A stretch of 64,000 bases of DNA from Candidatus Hadarchaeota archaeon (GTDB lineage Archaea; Hadarchaeota; Hadarchaeia; Hadarchaeales; JAGGTB01), in contig CAYLJV010000002.1 in the NCBI GenBank assembly GCA_964384105.1, positions 64,001 through 128,000 on the forward strand. The letters are read 5' to 3'. The notes beneath the pieces are model-generated. The model was given only the letters and a program-made list of their open reading frames with translations. It ran no database searches and was not told the origin of the DNA. Made by a program: the position numbers and the translations under genes. Positions 9,720 through 19,673 of this stretch are shown one piece after another (the first letter of the stretch is position 1; every line of letters begins with the position of its first letter).

Positions 9720-10997
9720 ATGGATCTGGAAATAAAAAAAGCCGAAAATATATCTGGAACTATCCAGCCTACTCCTTCAAAATTCTTTACTCAATTCTCA
9801 ACAGCGGTTTCTTTATTAGCAGAAGGAAAGAGTGTGATAAAATCTCCACTTGTGGCAGACGATACACGGTGCCTAGTGAAAGCCATAGAAACAATGGGTG
9901 CAACTACAAAAAGAAGCAAAAAAAGATGGTCAATATGGAGCGAAGGCTCTCCACCATATCCATCAGGCCAAGTACTAGATGCGAAAAAATCAATCACTAG
10001 TCTGAGTCTACTTACCTCCCTATCCGCACTAACTTCTCGGGTAATGGTAATCACCGGAAAGAGTCAGATAAGATCAAAACCAGTAACCCCGCTAATCAAT
10101 TGCCTACAGAAGATGGGAGTCGACGTTCATTCAACCAAAACCGACGACAGTCCCCCGATTATAATCTTTGAAAGTAAAATAAAGGGAGGAAAAATCTCAT
10201 TCGATAAAGATCTTGATCCAAGATTCTTCCCGGCATTTCTAATCTTAACACCACTTGCGGAGGAAGAAGTCGAAATAGATTGTATGCCAGACTTAACTGC
10301 TCCTAACCTGAAGATCGCTATTGAAATAATGAAAAAATGTGGAATAGATATTTCGATAGATGAGGAGAGTTTGAAAATTTCAAAGGGAGAATACACACCT
10401 CTGGAAGTCTCGACTCCATTAGACATGTTCTCAACCCTCCCCTATGTACTCGGAGCAGTCCTAACGAAATCGAGTATAACTATCTCAAAAATCGAAAAAA
10501 GCGTAGGCAAAAAAGAATTCAAAGATATTCTAGAAAAAATGGGCATCAAAACAGAGGAAAAAAGCAAATCCCTAAAAATCAACCCACCCGAAAAACTCGA
10601 AGGAAGTGAAATCGATCTTAAAAAATTTCCCGAGATCCTACCATTCGTTGCTACCTTGGCTTCTATAGCAGAGGGGAAAACGGAAATTTTGAACTGTGAA
10701 AGAGCAAGATACATGAAATCCGACAGAATATCAACAATAACCGAGGGATTACAAAAACTGAATGTCGATATAGAAGAAACTCAAGATGGGGTAATTGTAA
10801 AAGGCCCAGCAGAACTCAAAGGTGTGGAAGTCAACGGATACGAAGATGATGCAATCGTGGCCTCTCTCGCGATAGCCGGATTACAAGCAGAAGGAAGAAC
10901 CATCGTAAAGAACAGAGCAGAGACACTCAGAGAGTCCTATCCCGAATTTGTATCCACCTTCAAAAATCTCGGAGCCGAAATGAGATATAAATCTTGA
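9720..10997 (+). CDS. EPSP synthase-like paralog with degenerate active site
   Basis: Full-length AroA fold (PSK, KSDRI, SYPEF) but lacks GTxxR, SSQF, KE-DR and DHR motifs. Confidence 0.85.
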   Translation: MDLEIKKAENISGTIQPTPSKFFTQFSTAVSLLAEGKSVIKSPLVADDTRCLVKAIETMGATTKRSKKRWSIWSEGSPPYPSGQVLDAKKSITSLSLLTSLSALTSRVMVITGKSQIRSKPVTPLINCLQKMGVDVHSTKTDDSPPIIIFESKIKGGKISFDKDLDPRFFPAFLILTPLAEEEVEIDCMPDLTAPNLKIAIEIMKKCGIDISIDEESLKISKGEYTPLEVSTPLDMFSTLPYVLGAVLTKSSITISKIEKSVGKKEFKDILEKMGIKTEEKSKSLKINPPEKLEGSEIDLKKFPEILPFVATLASIAEGKTEILNCERARYMKSDRISTITEGLQKLNVDIEETQDGVIVKGPAELKGVEVNGYEDDAIVASLAIAGLQAEGRTIVKNRAETLRESYPEFVSTFKNLGAEMRYKS

Positions 10998-11192
10998 GAA
11001 AAGAAAAACCAAAAATTCTAAAGAATAGCCAATATTCCAAAAAATCTACTTCAATAACTTTTTTATACGTACAGTCTTGACTACAGACGCGAAGCAAAGA
11101 AAGCGATGACCCTATATTTTGAAAGAATTCAAAATTTCTACAATATCATCATCCATTAAAGATCTAAAAAAATCAAAAGGAGGTGTTCAATA

Positions 11193-12884
11193 ATGGCAAT
11201 TGGAAATCAAGGAGGCCAACCAATCCTGGTTATGCCCAAAGACACTAAAAGAATCCGAGACAGAGATGCTCAGCAATCTAACATCCGTGCGGCCAGAGTC
11301 GTGAGCGAATCTGTAAGAACTACTCTAGGACCCCGTGGAATGGACAAAATGATGGTAAGCGGCATGGGAGACGTCGTAATAACTAACGACGGCGTGACGA
11401 TACTCGACGAAATGGATATCGAACATCCAGCCGCTAAGATGATCGTGGAAGTCGCCAACACTCAAGAAGAAGAGGTCGGAGACGGCACTACGAGCGCAGT
11501 AGTTCTCGCAGGCTCACTTCTGGAAAAGTCTCAAGAACTACTCGACCAAAGTATCCACTCCTCTATAATCGCATCTGGATTCAGGATGGCGGCTGAAAAA
11601 GCCAACGAAGTCCTGAACGATATCGCGATAGACGTGAGTTTCGAGGACAAAGAAATGCTGGAAAAGGTCGCTATGACTGCAATGACCGGAAAGAAAGCCG
11701 AAGGCGCAAAGAAAGAACTTGCAGAAATGGCCGTAGAGGCCGTTAAAGGAATAGCAGAAGAAACAGAAGACGGATACATAGTCGATACCGACTACATCGG
11801 AACAGAAACAAGAGAAGGCGGAAGCGTCGACGACTCGTACATGGTAAACGGTCTGATAATAAGCAAAGATCGTGTCCATTCTGGAATGCCAAAGAAAGTC
11901 GAGGACGCCAAAATCGCCCTGCTTAATACACCTATAGAAGTCAAAGAAACCGAAACCGACGCGGAAGTACAAGTAACCGATCCAGATCAGCTGAAAGCTT
12001 TCCTCGATCAGGAGGAAAAGACGATAAAGGGATACGTAGACAAAATCACCGAAACCGGAGCTAACGTGGTCCTATGTCAGAAAGGAATCGACGATTTGGC
12101 TCAGCACTACCTAGCCAAAGAAGGAGTATTAGCAGCTCGCAGAGTCAAGAAATCCGACATGGAAAAGCTAGCTAGAGCTACCGGTGGAGAAGTAGTAAGC
12201 AACATCGACGACCTGCAAGAAGCTGATCTAGGTAAAGCAGGAAACGTCGAAGAAAGAAAGGAAGGCGGTCAAGACATGATCTTCGTAGAAGACTGCAAAG
12301 ATCCCAAGGCCGTAAGTCTCATGGTCTGTGGAGGTACAGAACACGTAGTCGATGAAACCAAAAGAGCGATCGAAGATGCTATTCGAGTAGTAGCCACCAC
12401 GATTAAAGATGGACAAGTAGTTGCCGGTGGAGGATCATGCGAGATCGAACTGGCTAAACATCTTAGAGATTACGCAGACAGTGCAGGTGGAAGAGAAGCA
12501 CTAGCTATCAGAACCTTCGCCGACGCTCTAGAAAAGATACCGAGGACCCTAGCCGAAAACGCTGGACTAGATGTTATAGATGCTCTAGTTGATCTAAGGT
12601 CAGAACACGACAGCTCGAATAAAGCTGCTATGGGACTAGCCGTACATGACGGCGGAGTCGCAGATATGCTCGAAGAAGGTGTCGTCGAACCTGTCAGGGT
12701 AAAAACACAGGCAATTCAATCTGGCAGTGAAGCTGCAGAGATGATATTGAGAATCGACGACGTCATAGCTTCAAAGAAGACCGAAGAACCAGCCGGTGGA
12801 CCTGGTGGACCCGGCGGAGCTCCCGGCGGACCAGGAGGCGTCCCAGGTGGAATGCCTGGAGGAATGCCCCCAGGATTGATGTAA
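11193..12884 (+). CDS. thsA: Thermosome subunit (group II chaperonin)
   Basis: [41 protein letters not shown] tail. Confidence 0.98.
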   Translation: MAIGNQGGQPILVMPKDTKRIRDRDAQQSNIRAARVVSESVRTTLGPRGMDKMMVSGMGDVVITNDGVTILDEMDIEHPAAKMIVEVANTQEEEVGDGTTSAVVLAGSLLEKSQELLDQSIHSSIIASGFRMAAEKANEVLNDIAIDVSFEDKEMLEKVAMTAMTGKKAEGAKKELAEMAVEAVKGIAEETEDGYIVDTDYIGTETREGGSVDDSYMVNGLIISKDRVHSGMPKKVEDAKIALLNTPIEVKETETDAEVQVTDPDQLKAFLDQEEKTIKGYVDKITETGANVVLCQKGIDDLAQHYLAKEGVLAARRVKKSDMEKLARATGGEVVSNIDDLQEADLGKAGNVEERKEGGQDMIFVEDCKDPKAVSLMVCGGTEHVVDETKRAIEDAIRVVATTIKDGQVVAGGGSCEIELAKHLRDYADSAGGREALAIRTFADALEKIPRTLAENAGLDVIDALVDLRSEHDSSNKAAMGLAVHDGGVADMLEEGVVEPVRVKTQAIQSGSEAAEMILRIDDVIASKKTEEPAGGPGGPGGAPGGPGGVPGGMPGGMPPGLM

Positions 12885-12891
12885 AATAAAC

Positions 12892-12931
12892 GGGCTTTAG
12901 ATTCTTTGAAGCCCTAATTTTTCTCTTTTTT
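12892..12931 (+). terminator. Hairpin plus T-tract after thermosome
   Basis: gggctt...aagccc then tttttctctttttt. Confidence 0.6.
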
Positions 12932-12939
12932 ATTTGGGT

Positions 12940-14097
12940 CTATTTTTTTACTATCTGATTGTTTTTCACAGTGTTTGAAACGTAGCTGGACCCTTCTTCC
13001 ATACGGATGGCATCAAAACCAATTTCAGACAGCGTGTTGTTCGAGATGGTGTTATTTATTGAAAAATAGAGGGAAATGCCCACATGTAAATTCTCGATAG
13101 TATTGTTTTCTATCAAGTTACTGTCCGAATTGGAAAGGACGATCCCACCCCAATGTTTTAATCCGGTAATCCTATTTTTCCTAACTATGCTGTTCTCGGT
13201 GGCTTGCATAGTGATCTTTCTCAGTTTCTTCAATCCAGAAATCTCGATTTTATCGCTGTAACCTATCCTTACATGTTCCAAGTTATTAGCTTCCCCAATC
13301 TTCAGGTTGGAACAGTCTGCTATGATAAGTTCTCTAGCCTGAGTAGTGATGGTTTCGTCACTCATACCTTGGCAGTACAGAATTGGGTCTCCGTTGATGG
13401 TGTTATTTTTTATCGTGTGCGTGCAGTAATCTCGAGGTTCGGATTCTCTCGTTATAGTGTCAAGGAAGCAGTTGTCGAATCTATTGTTCAGTATCGAACA
13501 ATCCTCGGACCACCCCAAGGTTACACCCCAAGAATCATCCTTGAAAGTATTACCCTCTAAAATTACTCCCGAGGCCGGTCTTTCCCTGTCTTCAGCAGTT
13601 ATCGTTATTCCAATGTTTTTATTCTCTACAATAGTTCCCGAGATTTTGCAGTCATTTCCGAAAACGTAAATTCCTGTAGAAAATTTCTCGAACGGCCCAC
13701 TTACTGTAAATCCTCTTAGTGCAACGTTCTCCGCTCTTATGGAAAGAACATGACCTTCGGACTCAATAATAGTTTCCTCTGCACCCTCACTGGACCTGAT
13801 AACAAGATTAGGTTTCTCTATCTCCAAAGGATCTTCCCCAATAGAATAATCCCCGGGCATCACGACTATCTCGTTATTTTCCTGAGAATCAGCCTTCATC
13901 ACAGCATTCTCGATACTGTGAAAAGCGTTAATTCCGAAAGACAGCTCCGATGGAACTTCCTCAGAATCTATCCAGTCATTATCCACGTACAGGACATTAC
14001 CACTATATGAGTTCGACCAGACAAAAGTGTCTAGGTAGAAAAATGCCGAAACTACGACTGCAATCAGGGTCACAATTAGAAAAAACTTCCACCTCAA
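12940..14097 (-). CDS. Secreted/anchored parallel beta-helix (NosD/pectin-lyase-like) protein
   Basis: N-terminal TM, IVVMPGDY, LVIRSSEGAEETII, repeated GI.L..S.NN.I.NN motifs. Confidence 0.8.
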   Translation of the reverse strand: MRWKFFLIVTLIAVVVSAFFYLDTFVWSNSYSGNVLYVDNDWIDSEEVPSELSFGINAFHSIENAVMKADSQENNEIVVMPGDYSIGEDPLEIEKPNLVIRSSEGAEETIIESEGHVLSIRAENVALRGFTVSGPFEKFSTGIYVFGNDCKISGTIVENKNIGITITAEDRERPASGVILEGNTFKDDSWGVTLGWSEDCSILNNRFDNCFLDTITRESEPRDYCTHTIKNNTINGDPILYCQGMSDETITTQARELIIADCSNLKIGEANNLEHVRIGYSDKIEISGLKKLRKITMQATENSIVRKNRITGLKHWGGIVLSNSDSNLIENNTIENLHVGISLYFSINNTISNNTLSEIGFDAIRMEEGSSYVSNTVKNNQIVKK

Positions 14098-14235
14098 AAA
14101 AACTCCCCCATTTCAAAAAAGAGACGGATTTTGTTTTAAAAATGTTTTTAAAGGTTCTTTTTAAAAAATTAGATTTCGCCGTCGATACAAAGTTTATTAA
14201 TCGAGATAAAGACGGGAAAAACTGGGGGGTTGCAA

Positions 14236-15537
14236 ATGAAATTATCCAATCGGAGACTACTGACCGCTGTAGTGGTCATCACTGTTGGAGTAGCGGTAGG
14301 AGCTGGGTATGCGGTCGATTCGCTTCTATTTTCCGGCGAAGAATCGAAGTACGCAAAATCCCAATTTATCACTTCAGAGCTCAAGAGGGAAGAAGACCCG
14401 GACGTTTCCGAGGACGACCTCTCAAAACTAGTTGAAGCCAACAACGAATTTGCCCTCGACCTGTATCACAAAATAGATAACGGGGATGGAAACCTATTCT
14501 ACTCTCCTTACAGCATATCCCTCGCACTGGCCATGACATACGCAGGGGCCGAGGGACAGACAGAACAACAGATGGCAGGCACTCTGAATTTTAGTCTTCC
14601 CGAGAAGAAACTTCACAGAGCATTCAACTACCTAGACCAGAGCCTGAGTGACCGAAACGATGAGAACTTCACCCTGAACGTGTCAAACTCGTTCTGGAGT
14701 CAGAAGAACTACCACTTCGAGGAAGAATATCTAGATACCTTGGCGGTGAACTATGGTGCTGGAATCAGGGTCCTAGACTTCTTGAACGAACCCGATTTGA
14801 GTCGAGAGACAATTAACAAATGGGTGGAGAATGAGACGGAGAACAAAATCAAGGACCTGTTACCGAAGGGGGCTGTAACCTCGAAAACTAGAGCGGTTAT
14901 CACTAACGCCATCTATTTCAACGCGTTTTGGAAACTGCCCTTCGAGGAGTCGGCCACCGAATTCAGAAATTTCACTCTCCTTAACGGGAAAGAAAAAGAC
15001 GTGGAGATGATGAGCCAGACAGAGGAGTTCAAGTACGCCCAGGACACCGACTATAAGGCTGTAGAACTTCCCTATCAGGGAAAAAGCAATATGTCGATGC
15101 TGGTAATTTTGCCTAACAGAACCCAGTTCGAAGAATTTGAGAATAAACTAAACATAGAACTATTAGAAGATATCATCGCAAAATTAGAACCCCGAGGAGT
15201 ATCCCTCAAGATACCAAAGTTCGAGTACGAGGCAAAGCTAGATTTGAAGGAAATTCTCAAAGAAATGGGAATGCCCTCAGCATTCAGTTCAAGTGCAAAC
15301 TTTTCTGGCATGACCGGGGATGAATCACTATTTATATCTAAATTCCTGCACAAGGCGTTCGTTTCCGTGGATGAAAAGGGGACGGAAGCCGCGGCAGCCA
15401 CGGCAGTAGGTTTTGAGGAAGAAGCAGTGACCCCACAAGTAGAAATGAACATTGATTCTCCATTCATATTTCTGATTAGAGATAATGAGACAGGTACCAT
15501 ACTGTTCGCGGGAAGGGTCACGAATCCAAGAGTTTGA
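14236..15537 (+). CDS. Membrane-anchored serpin
   Basis: NLFYSPYSISLALAM, INKWVENET, NAIYFNAFW, VDEKGTEAAAAT hinge, DSPFIFLIRD..TGTILFAGRV. Confidence 0.95.
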   Translation: MKLSNRRLLTAVVVITVGVAVGAGYAVDSLLFSGEESKYAKSQFITSELKREEDPDVSEDDLSKLVEANNEFALDLYHKIDNGDGNLFYSPYSISLALAMTYAGAEGQTEQQMAGTLNFSLPEKKLHRAFNYLDQSLSDRNDENFTLNVSNSFWSQKNYHFEEEYLDTLAVNYGAGIRVLDFLNEPDLSRETINKWVENETENKIKDLLPKGAVTSKTRAVITNAIYFNAFWKLPFEESATEFRNFTLLNGKEKDVEMMSQTEEFKYAQDTDYKAVELPYQGKSNMSMLVILPNRTQFEEFENKLNIELLEDIIAKLEPRGVSLKIPKFEYEAKLDLKEILKEMGMPSAFSSSANFSGMTGDESLFISKFLHKAFVSVDEKGTEAAAATAVGFEEEAVTPQVEMNIDSPFIFLIRDNETGTILFAGRVTNPRV

Positions 15538-15610
15538 TTTATTTAGAATTTAATGACTATAGACTTCCGAATTGAATCCCCTGACTCGTCCAAGGAAGTT
15601 TATCTAAATC

Positions 15611-16036
15611 TTATAGAACTTGATCATCCAGATTATTTGACATTTTCCTTAACCTATAAACAGTTACGACCCAAACAACGATGATTATCGCCAAGACTAC
15701 GACTGACATGTACCCTCCGATAATGAAATCGAAGGAGTAAATGTAAGTATCCAATATGATAAAGACAATCGGGATAAGAATTGGAATAAAGAGAGTAACT
15801 ACTACTCCTTCCATAAGAATAATCCATTTATAATCAATTTCTGCAATCCACATAATTAACAAAACGAAAGCTCCCACAGCAAAGAAAGCCCATCCGATTA
15901 TCGTACCTCTTATTAGGTCTTCAGCAAGGTTAAACCATCTCATGCTTATAGCAATAAATAGAAAAAAAGCAACCACTCCAACAGTAAAAACCCTAATTCC
16001 AAGAGATGGATTATCTTGCTCAGAATTTTCTTTCAT
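15611..16036 (-). CDS. Small 4-TM membrane protein
   Basis: Four hydrophobic segments; SD aggaggag. Confidence 0.7.
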   Translation of the reverse strand: MKENSEQDNPSLGIRVFTVGVVAFFLFIAISMRWFNLAEDLIRGTIIGWAFFAVGAFVLLIMWIAEIDYKWIILMEGVVVTLFIPILIPIVFIILDTYIYSFDFIIGGYMSVVVLAIIIVVWVVTVYRLRKMSNNLDDQVL

Positions 16037-16052
16037 CTAACTCCTCCTTGCT

Positions 16053-16334
16053 CTACCGCCCCTTTACGAAATAAACTACGAGAATTACTGTCAAAACAAC
16101 TATTCCCAGAGCCGCTATTTGTACAGTCCACCTTATAAAGAGATTATAGTGGATCCAATCCCCTGGAAGAGCAAGAAAACCGATAGCTGTCAAGATCAAA
16201 ATAAGTCCTATCACCAGTTTTAGCAAAGTATTCTCGCCGTTTTTCAACGTCCTGTAATTATTCTCAGACCCGGCCGACGGGGTGTATCCTTCGCCCTTCC
16301 TAATATTCTTCTCACGTCCTTGCGAAGGTCCTAT
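16053..16334 (-). CDS. Small 2-TM membrane protein (possible ATA start; alternative TTG start at 16247)
   Basis: Open frame from SD ggggaggcgg + ATA through the annotated 2-TM ORF. Confidence 0.55.
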   Translation of the reverse strand: MGPSQGREKNIRKGEGYTPSAGSENNYRTLKNGENTLLKLVIGLILILTAIGFLALPGDWIHYNLFIRWTVQIAALGIVVLTVILVVYFVKGR

Positions 16335-16360
16335 TTTAACCGCCTCCCCTAAACTCGTAG

Positions 16361-16585
16361 TTAGCCGTTATTCTCTCTGAGCTCATACCCGATTATCACC
16401 CAAACAAGAACCAGTAATATAAGCGGGCCAAACACTAAAAATGCAGCAAAAGAATCCGCATAGTGCCAAAGAAGAGAGTCCCAAGTCAAAATACTCAAAG
16501 TAATGACAAATACCGGTGGAAAACTAAACACTATCCCCTTCAAGATAGTAATTAGTTTGTCGTCATCTGAAGATTCTTCATTCAT
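16361..16585 (-). CDS. Small 2-TM membrane protein
   Basis: Acidic N-terminus and two hydrophobic helices; tightly packed in operon. Confidence 0.65.
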   Translation of the reverse strand: MNEESSDDDKLITILKGIVFSFPPVFVITLSILTWDSLLWHYADSFAAFLVFGPLILLVLVWVIIGYELRENNG

Positions 16586-16590
16586 TTTAA

Positions 16591-17061
16591 CTAAACCATC
16601 TCAAAAAGAATTTTGTATGAGATTCTTCCAGAGAAATAACCGAAGATAAAGAGAGGAATAACAGTGACAATCAACACAGATCCGGGACTCTCCGCAGGTA
16701 ACTGTCCTTTAATCAAAAATCCGAGTAAAAAAAATATAAAGAGACTAACCCATGTGATTTTTCCAGCCCATGATTCCGAGTTTTCTTTCTCACTTGGTGG
16801 AGAGAGATATGAGAATAAAATAAGAGTGAATGTAGTGGTAGCAAGGGTAATAAAAAAGGACAAAATTAGTGTAAATCCCGAATTTAACGCCTCACCAATC
16901 CAGTTCCACCAAGTCATTCCAGTGAGATAAACATCGATCCAAGAATAGCCATGTCCTCCTAGAAAGAAGAAAACGCCTGGAAAAATAAACACGAAGAGAT
17001 GAGATAACTGGATAGCTAATACAGAAAATTTAATGGAGTCTGACAGTCTCCTCATGACCAT
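16591..17061 (-). CDS. 4-TM membrane protein
   Basis: Hydrophobic, contains TWWNWI; similar layout to 17471..17962 (SWWGWL). Confidence 0.65.
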   Translation of the reverse strand: MVMRRLSDSIKFSVLAIQLSHLFVFIFPGVFFFLGGHGYSWIDVYLTGMTWWNWIGEALNSGFTLILSFFITLATTTFTLILFSYLSPPSEKENSESWAGKITWVSLFIFFLLGFLIKGQLPAESPGSVLIVTVIPLFIFGYFSGRISYKILFEMV

Positions 17062-17092
17062 CTTTCTTCGGTTAAAATTGGATTGTGCCCGA

Positions 17093-17129
17093 AGTATAAA
17101 TTAAGTCCCAGAATTGAAACCGAATTTAA
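17093..17129. promoter_or_regulatory. Bidirectional promoter/operator, copy 1
   Basis: 33/37 identical to 20580..20616; opposed TATA-like boxes around GTCCC-N6-GAAAC. Confidence 0.7.
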
Positions 17130-17165
17130 ATTTCTTGCCCCAGAGAGTTTTTTCCGAGTAAAACT

Positions 17166-17447
17166 ATGAGTTCTGCTTGTGAACAGGAAAAGAATACTAG
17201 GACTGATAGAAAGTATTCTACCCCTCAAAGCCTAAAATACAAAGAGGATACTGAGGGTAGGAGAAAACAAGAAAACGGAAGTCTGGCTAAGTACTGGTTG
17301 ATCTTAGCTGTTACTTTTCTAATAACATTCTTTTTTGCAAGTTTTGCCTCAGAGACTGGCTGGGCGAGGTGGGATTGGAGAACACTATTTTTCTGGCTAC
17401 TGCTTATAGGAGACTTGTCGGGCTTAAGTCTTCTCCTGTTTTTCTAG
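17166..17447 (+). CDS. Small 2-TM membrane protein
   Basis: Charged N-terminus and two TM helices; downstream of the repeated promoter. Confidence 0.55.
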   Translation: MSSACEQEKNTRTDRKYSTPQSLKYKEDTEGRRKQENGSLAKYWLILAVTFLITFFFASFASETGWARWDWRTLFFWLLLIGDLSGLSLLLFF

Positions 17448-17470
17448 CTCAGGAGGATTTTTGATGAAGT

Positions 17471-17962
17471 TTAGTCCACCGATGGAAATAAATCGTGATA
17501 GAGACTACCCCACAAAAAACACCAGAAGACAATATTCGGAATCCATACTAGAATAACTTTTGGTAGTCGAAAATCATAAGGTGACCCGATGACTAAAATC
17601 CCTATGAAATAATACGGTATTATGCTTAGTAAGGCCAGTAGTCCGCTCTTAAGTCTTCCATCGCTCAAAGGTATTTTTTTCCTCCAGTACGTTAAGATAG
17701 TAAGTATCGCAACAGTCATTAAGACCGGGAGTGCTAACGCTAGAAAATCCTGTAGGAAACTTCCAAAAGATACACCTTCGAATATTATTCTCTGGAGCCA
17801 CCCCCACCAGCTCGCGTAAAGAAGATAAAATTGTTTAGCTATACCATACTGGAACATACCGGTATCAAATTCTTCCAGTAACGGTCCAATAAATGCCGAT
17901 AGATAAGCCATTATAACAGTTGAAAACGCGAACAAGAGAGACTTAAAGCGTCTTCCAAGCAA
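17471..17962 (-). CDS. 4-TM membrane protein
   Basis: Hydrophobic; partial copy of the repeated promoter motif upstream (~18007-18025). Confidence 0.65.
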   Translation of the reverse strand: MLGRRFKSLLFAFSTVIMAYLSAFIGPLLEEFDTGMFQYGIAKQFYLLYASWWGWLQRIIFEGVSFGSFLQDFLALALPVLMTVAILTILTYWRKKIPLSDGRLKSGLLALLSIIPYYFIGILVIGSPYDFRLPKVILVWIPNIVFWCFLWGSLYHDLFPSVD

Positions 17963-18069
17963 CTTCCTACAAGACCCCTAACAAAATTTGTATTAGAAAA
18001 TATACTTAAATTAAGTCCAAAAACTTTAAAAAAGGTAGATTTTAGAAATCATTTATCGGGGGGAGCTCG

Positions 18070-19515
18070 ATTCGACGGAAATCATTACCGTTTCAACATA
18101 CGGCTATAGTTTTAATCTTCATCATAGTAGTCTCTTCGATCCCCATCCCGATAACAAAGGCATTACAGACGGCAGGGAACAGAGAGACCCCCGAAGAGGT
18201 AGCCAGACCTCTGATTACCCACGATATATTTCATATTACCGAAAATATTTTCGTTCCAAGTGGTCCGATAAGGTACAACATAACTGGCGGAATACGAGGT
18301 AACGATCCCGAGATAGCTCTCACGGAAGCTGGGAAAAAAGTGTCGGTAAGTCTCTTTTCATCAAGCCCACACGAGGGACCAATCGAAATCCCGGGTATAC
18401 TGGAGTTTATGCTAGTTGAGGTCGACCAGGTTGGCAATTTTATTAGGGTAGTAGATAGGAAAACGGAGAACGTGGAAAATCTTGGGAGTATGATATGGAG
18501 CACTAGACTGCCAGAAAATAAAGTGGCCAGATACAAATTAGGAGCGATCATTCGGGATGAAGATGGAGATATACGTGGTAAAATAGTATCAACGGTTAAA
18601 TCAATGATACTCGATCTAGATCTAACAGTCAACAAAAAGAGACTTCCCATTGGGGAAAAACTAGAATACAGTATTCACAATAATGGATCAGTCGAAGTTT
18701 CTTATGGATTCCCACCTCACAGAATCAGTTATTGGGAAAACGATGAGTGGATATATGCAAAATGGTTCCACCCTCTTGCAGATTCAGAATTACATAGTCT
18801 CAGATCCGGTAAAACTAGTACATATATCGTAAATTTATCCACTGACTCAATCTCAAATCGGTACTTTAAACTGCTCTACCCACACCTTGTCAATCCCGTT
18901 CCCTTGGGAAATTATAGAGTATCAGTAGGTATTACAGAAGCTGAAGACCAAACAAGTGGAGCACATAAGGATATTTCAATTAGGTTATCAGAGACTTTTG
19001 AGATAACAACTGAAGGCAGTCTTGAGCCAGAGATCATTTTAGATAAAGGGGAATTCCGACCTGGAGAGAATTTTAACTACGCTTTAGTAAATCGAGGAGC
19101 TGCCGAGCTAACTTTTACGAAAGACCCAGACCCCCACGTGATCCAGATGCCCCAGACTATCGAATACTGGAATATGAAAGAATGGGTGAAACCATATTGG
19201 TTGGAAGAATCAGATAAAGAGAACCTTCGAGTTCCTATTAACTATAGCTACAAGGGTCCCCACTACTACAATACAGGATTTGACAATTATAATCACAATA
19301 TCGATCTTTCTGAATTCCGTCCAGGTAAGTATAGACTTAAAATAGAGAACGTTTATGCATTGGGAACGAACGTATCCACCACTGTTATGAAAGAATTCAA
19401 TGTCGAGCCAAAAAATAGTTTATTCTCTAGATTATTAATCATCTTAGGGTTAATTATAGTCGGAAGCGGAATATTTGTCATAATTTTCAAATCTCGAAAT
19501 AAGACTAATCTTTAG
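18070..19515 (+). CDS. Cell-surface protein with Ig-like repeats and C-terminal TM anchor (probable ATT start)
   Basis: Frame open from 18046; signal-peptide-like IRRKSLPFQHTAIVLIFIIVVSSIPIPITKA after a G-rich SD; two GE...Y...N.G...YW...EW...G.YR repeats; C-terminal TM plus basic tail. Confidence 0.7.
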   Translation: MRRKSLPFQHTAIVLIFIIVVSSIPIPITKALQTAGNRETPEEVARPLITHDIFHITENIFVPSGPIRYNITGGIRGNDPEIALTEAGKKVSVSLFSSSPHEGPIEIPGILEFMLVEVDQVGNFIRVVDRKTENVENLGSMIWSTRLPENKVARYKLGAIIRDEDGDIRGKIVSTVKSMILDLDLTVNKKRLPIGEKLEYSIHNNGSVEVSYGFPPHRISYWENDEWIYAKWFHPLADSELHSLRSGKTSTYIVNLSTDSISNRYFKLLYPHLVNPVPLGNYRVSVGITEAEDQTSGAHKDISIRLSETFEITTEGSLEPEIILDKGEFRPGENFNYALVNRGAAELTFTKDPDPHVIQMPQTIEYWNMKEWVKPYWLEESDKENLRVPINYSYKGPHYYNTGFDNYNHNIDLSEFRPGKYRLKIENVYALGTNVSTTVMKEFNVEPKNSLFSRLLIILGLIIVGSGIFVIIFKSRNKTNL

Positions 19516-19673
19516 ACTCTTAGCAGTTGAAACACCCGTTGTGCATTCTATTCCCTTTTTACTATCACTTACAAGGGCCTTGTGCAAATCTCAATTTTTC
19601 AGTAATTACTAAAAGAATAGGAAGTTGCACAAAATATCTTGATCTACAAATAAAAAAACTAATTCTGGGAATT

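Noticed and set aside
12796-12880. GGP/GGM-encoding GC-rich repeats
   Set aside because: Normal low-complexity C-terminal tail of chaperonins, not a DNA repeat element.
13950-14435. 161-aa ORF spanning the beta-helix/serpin intergenic region
   Set aside because: Overlaps two real genes and their AT-rich promoter region; likely spurious.
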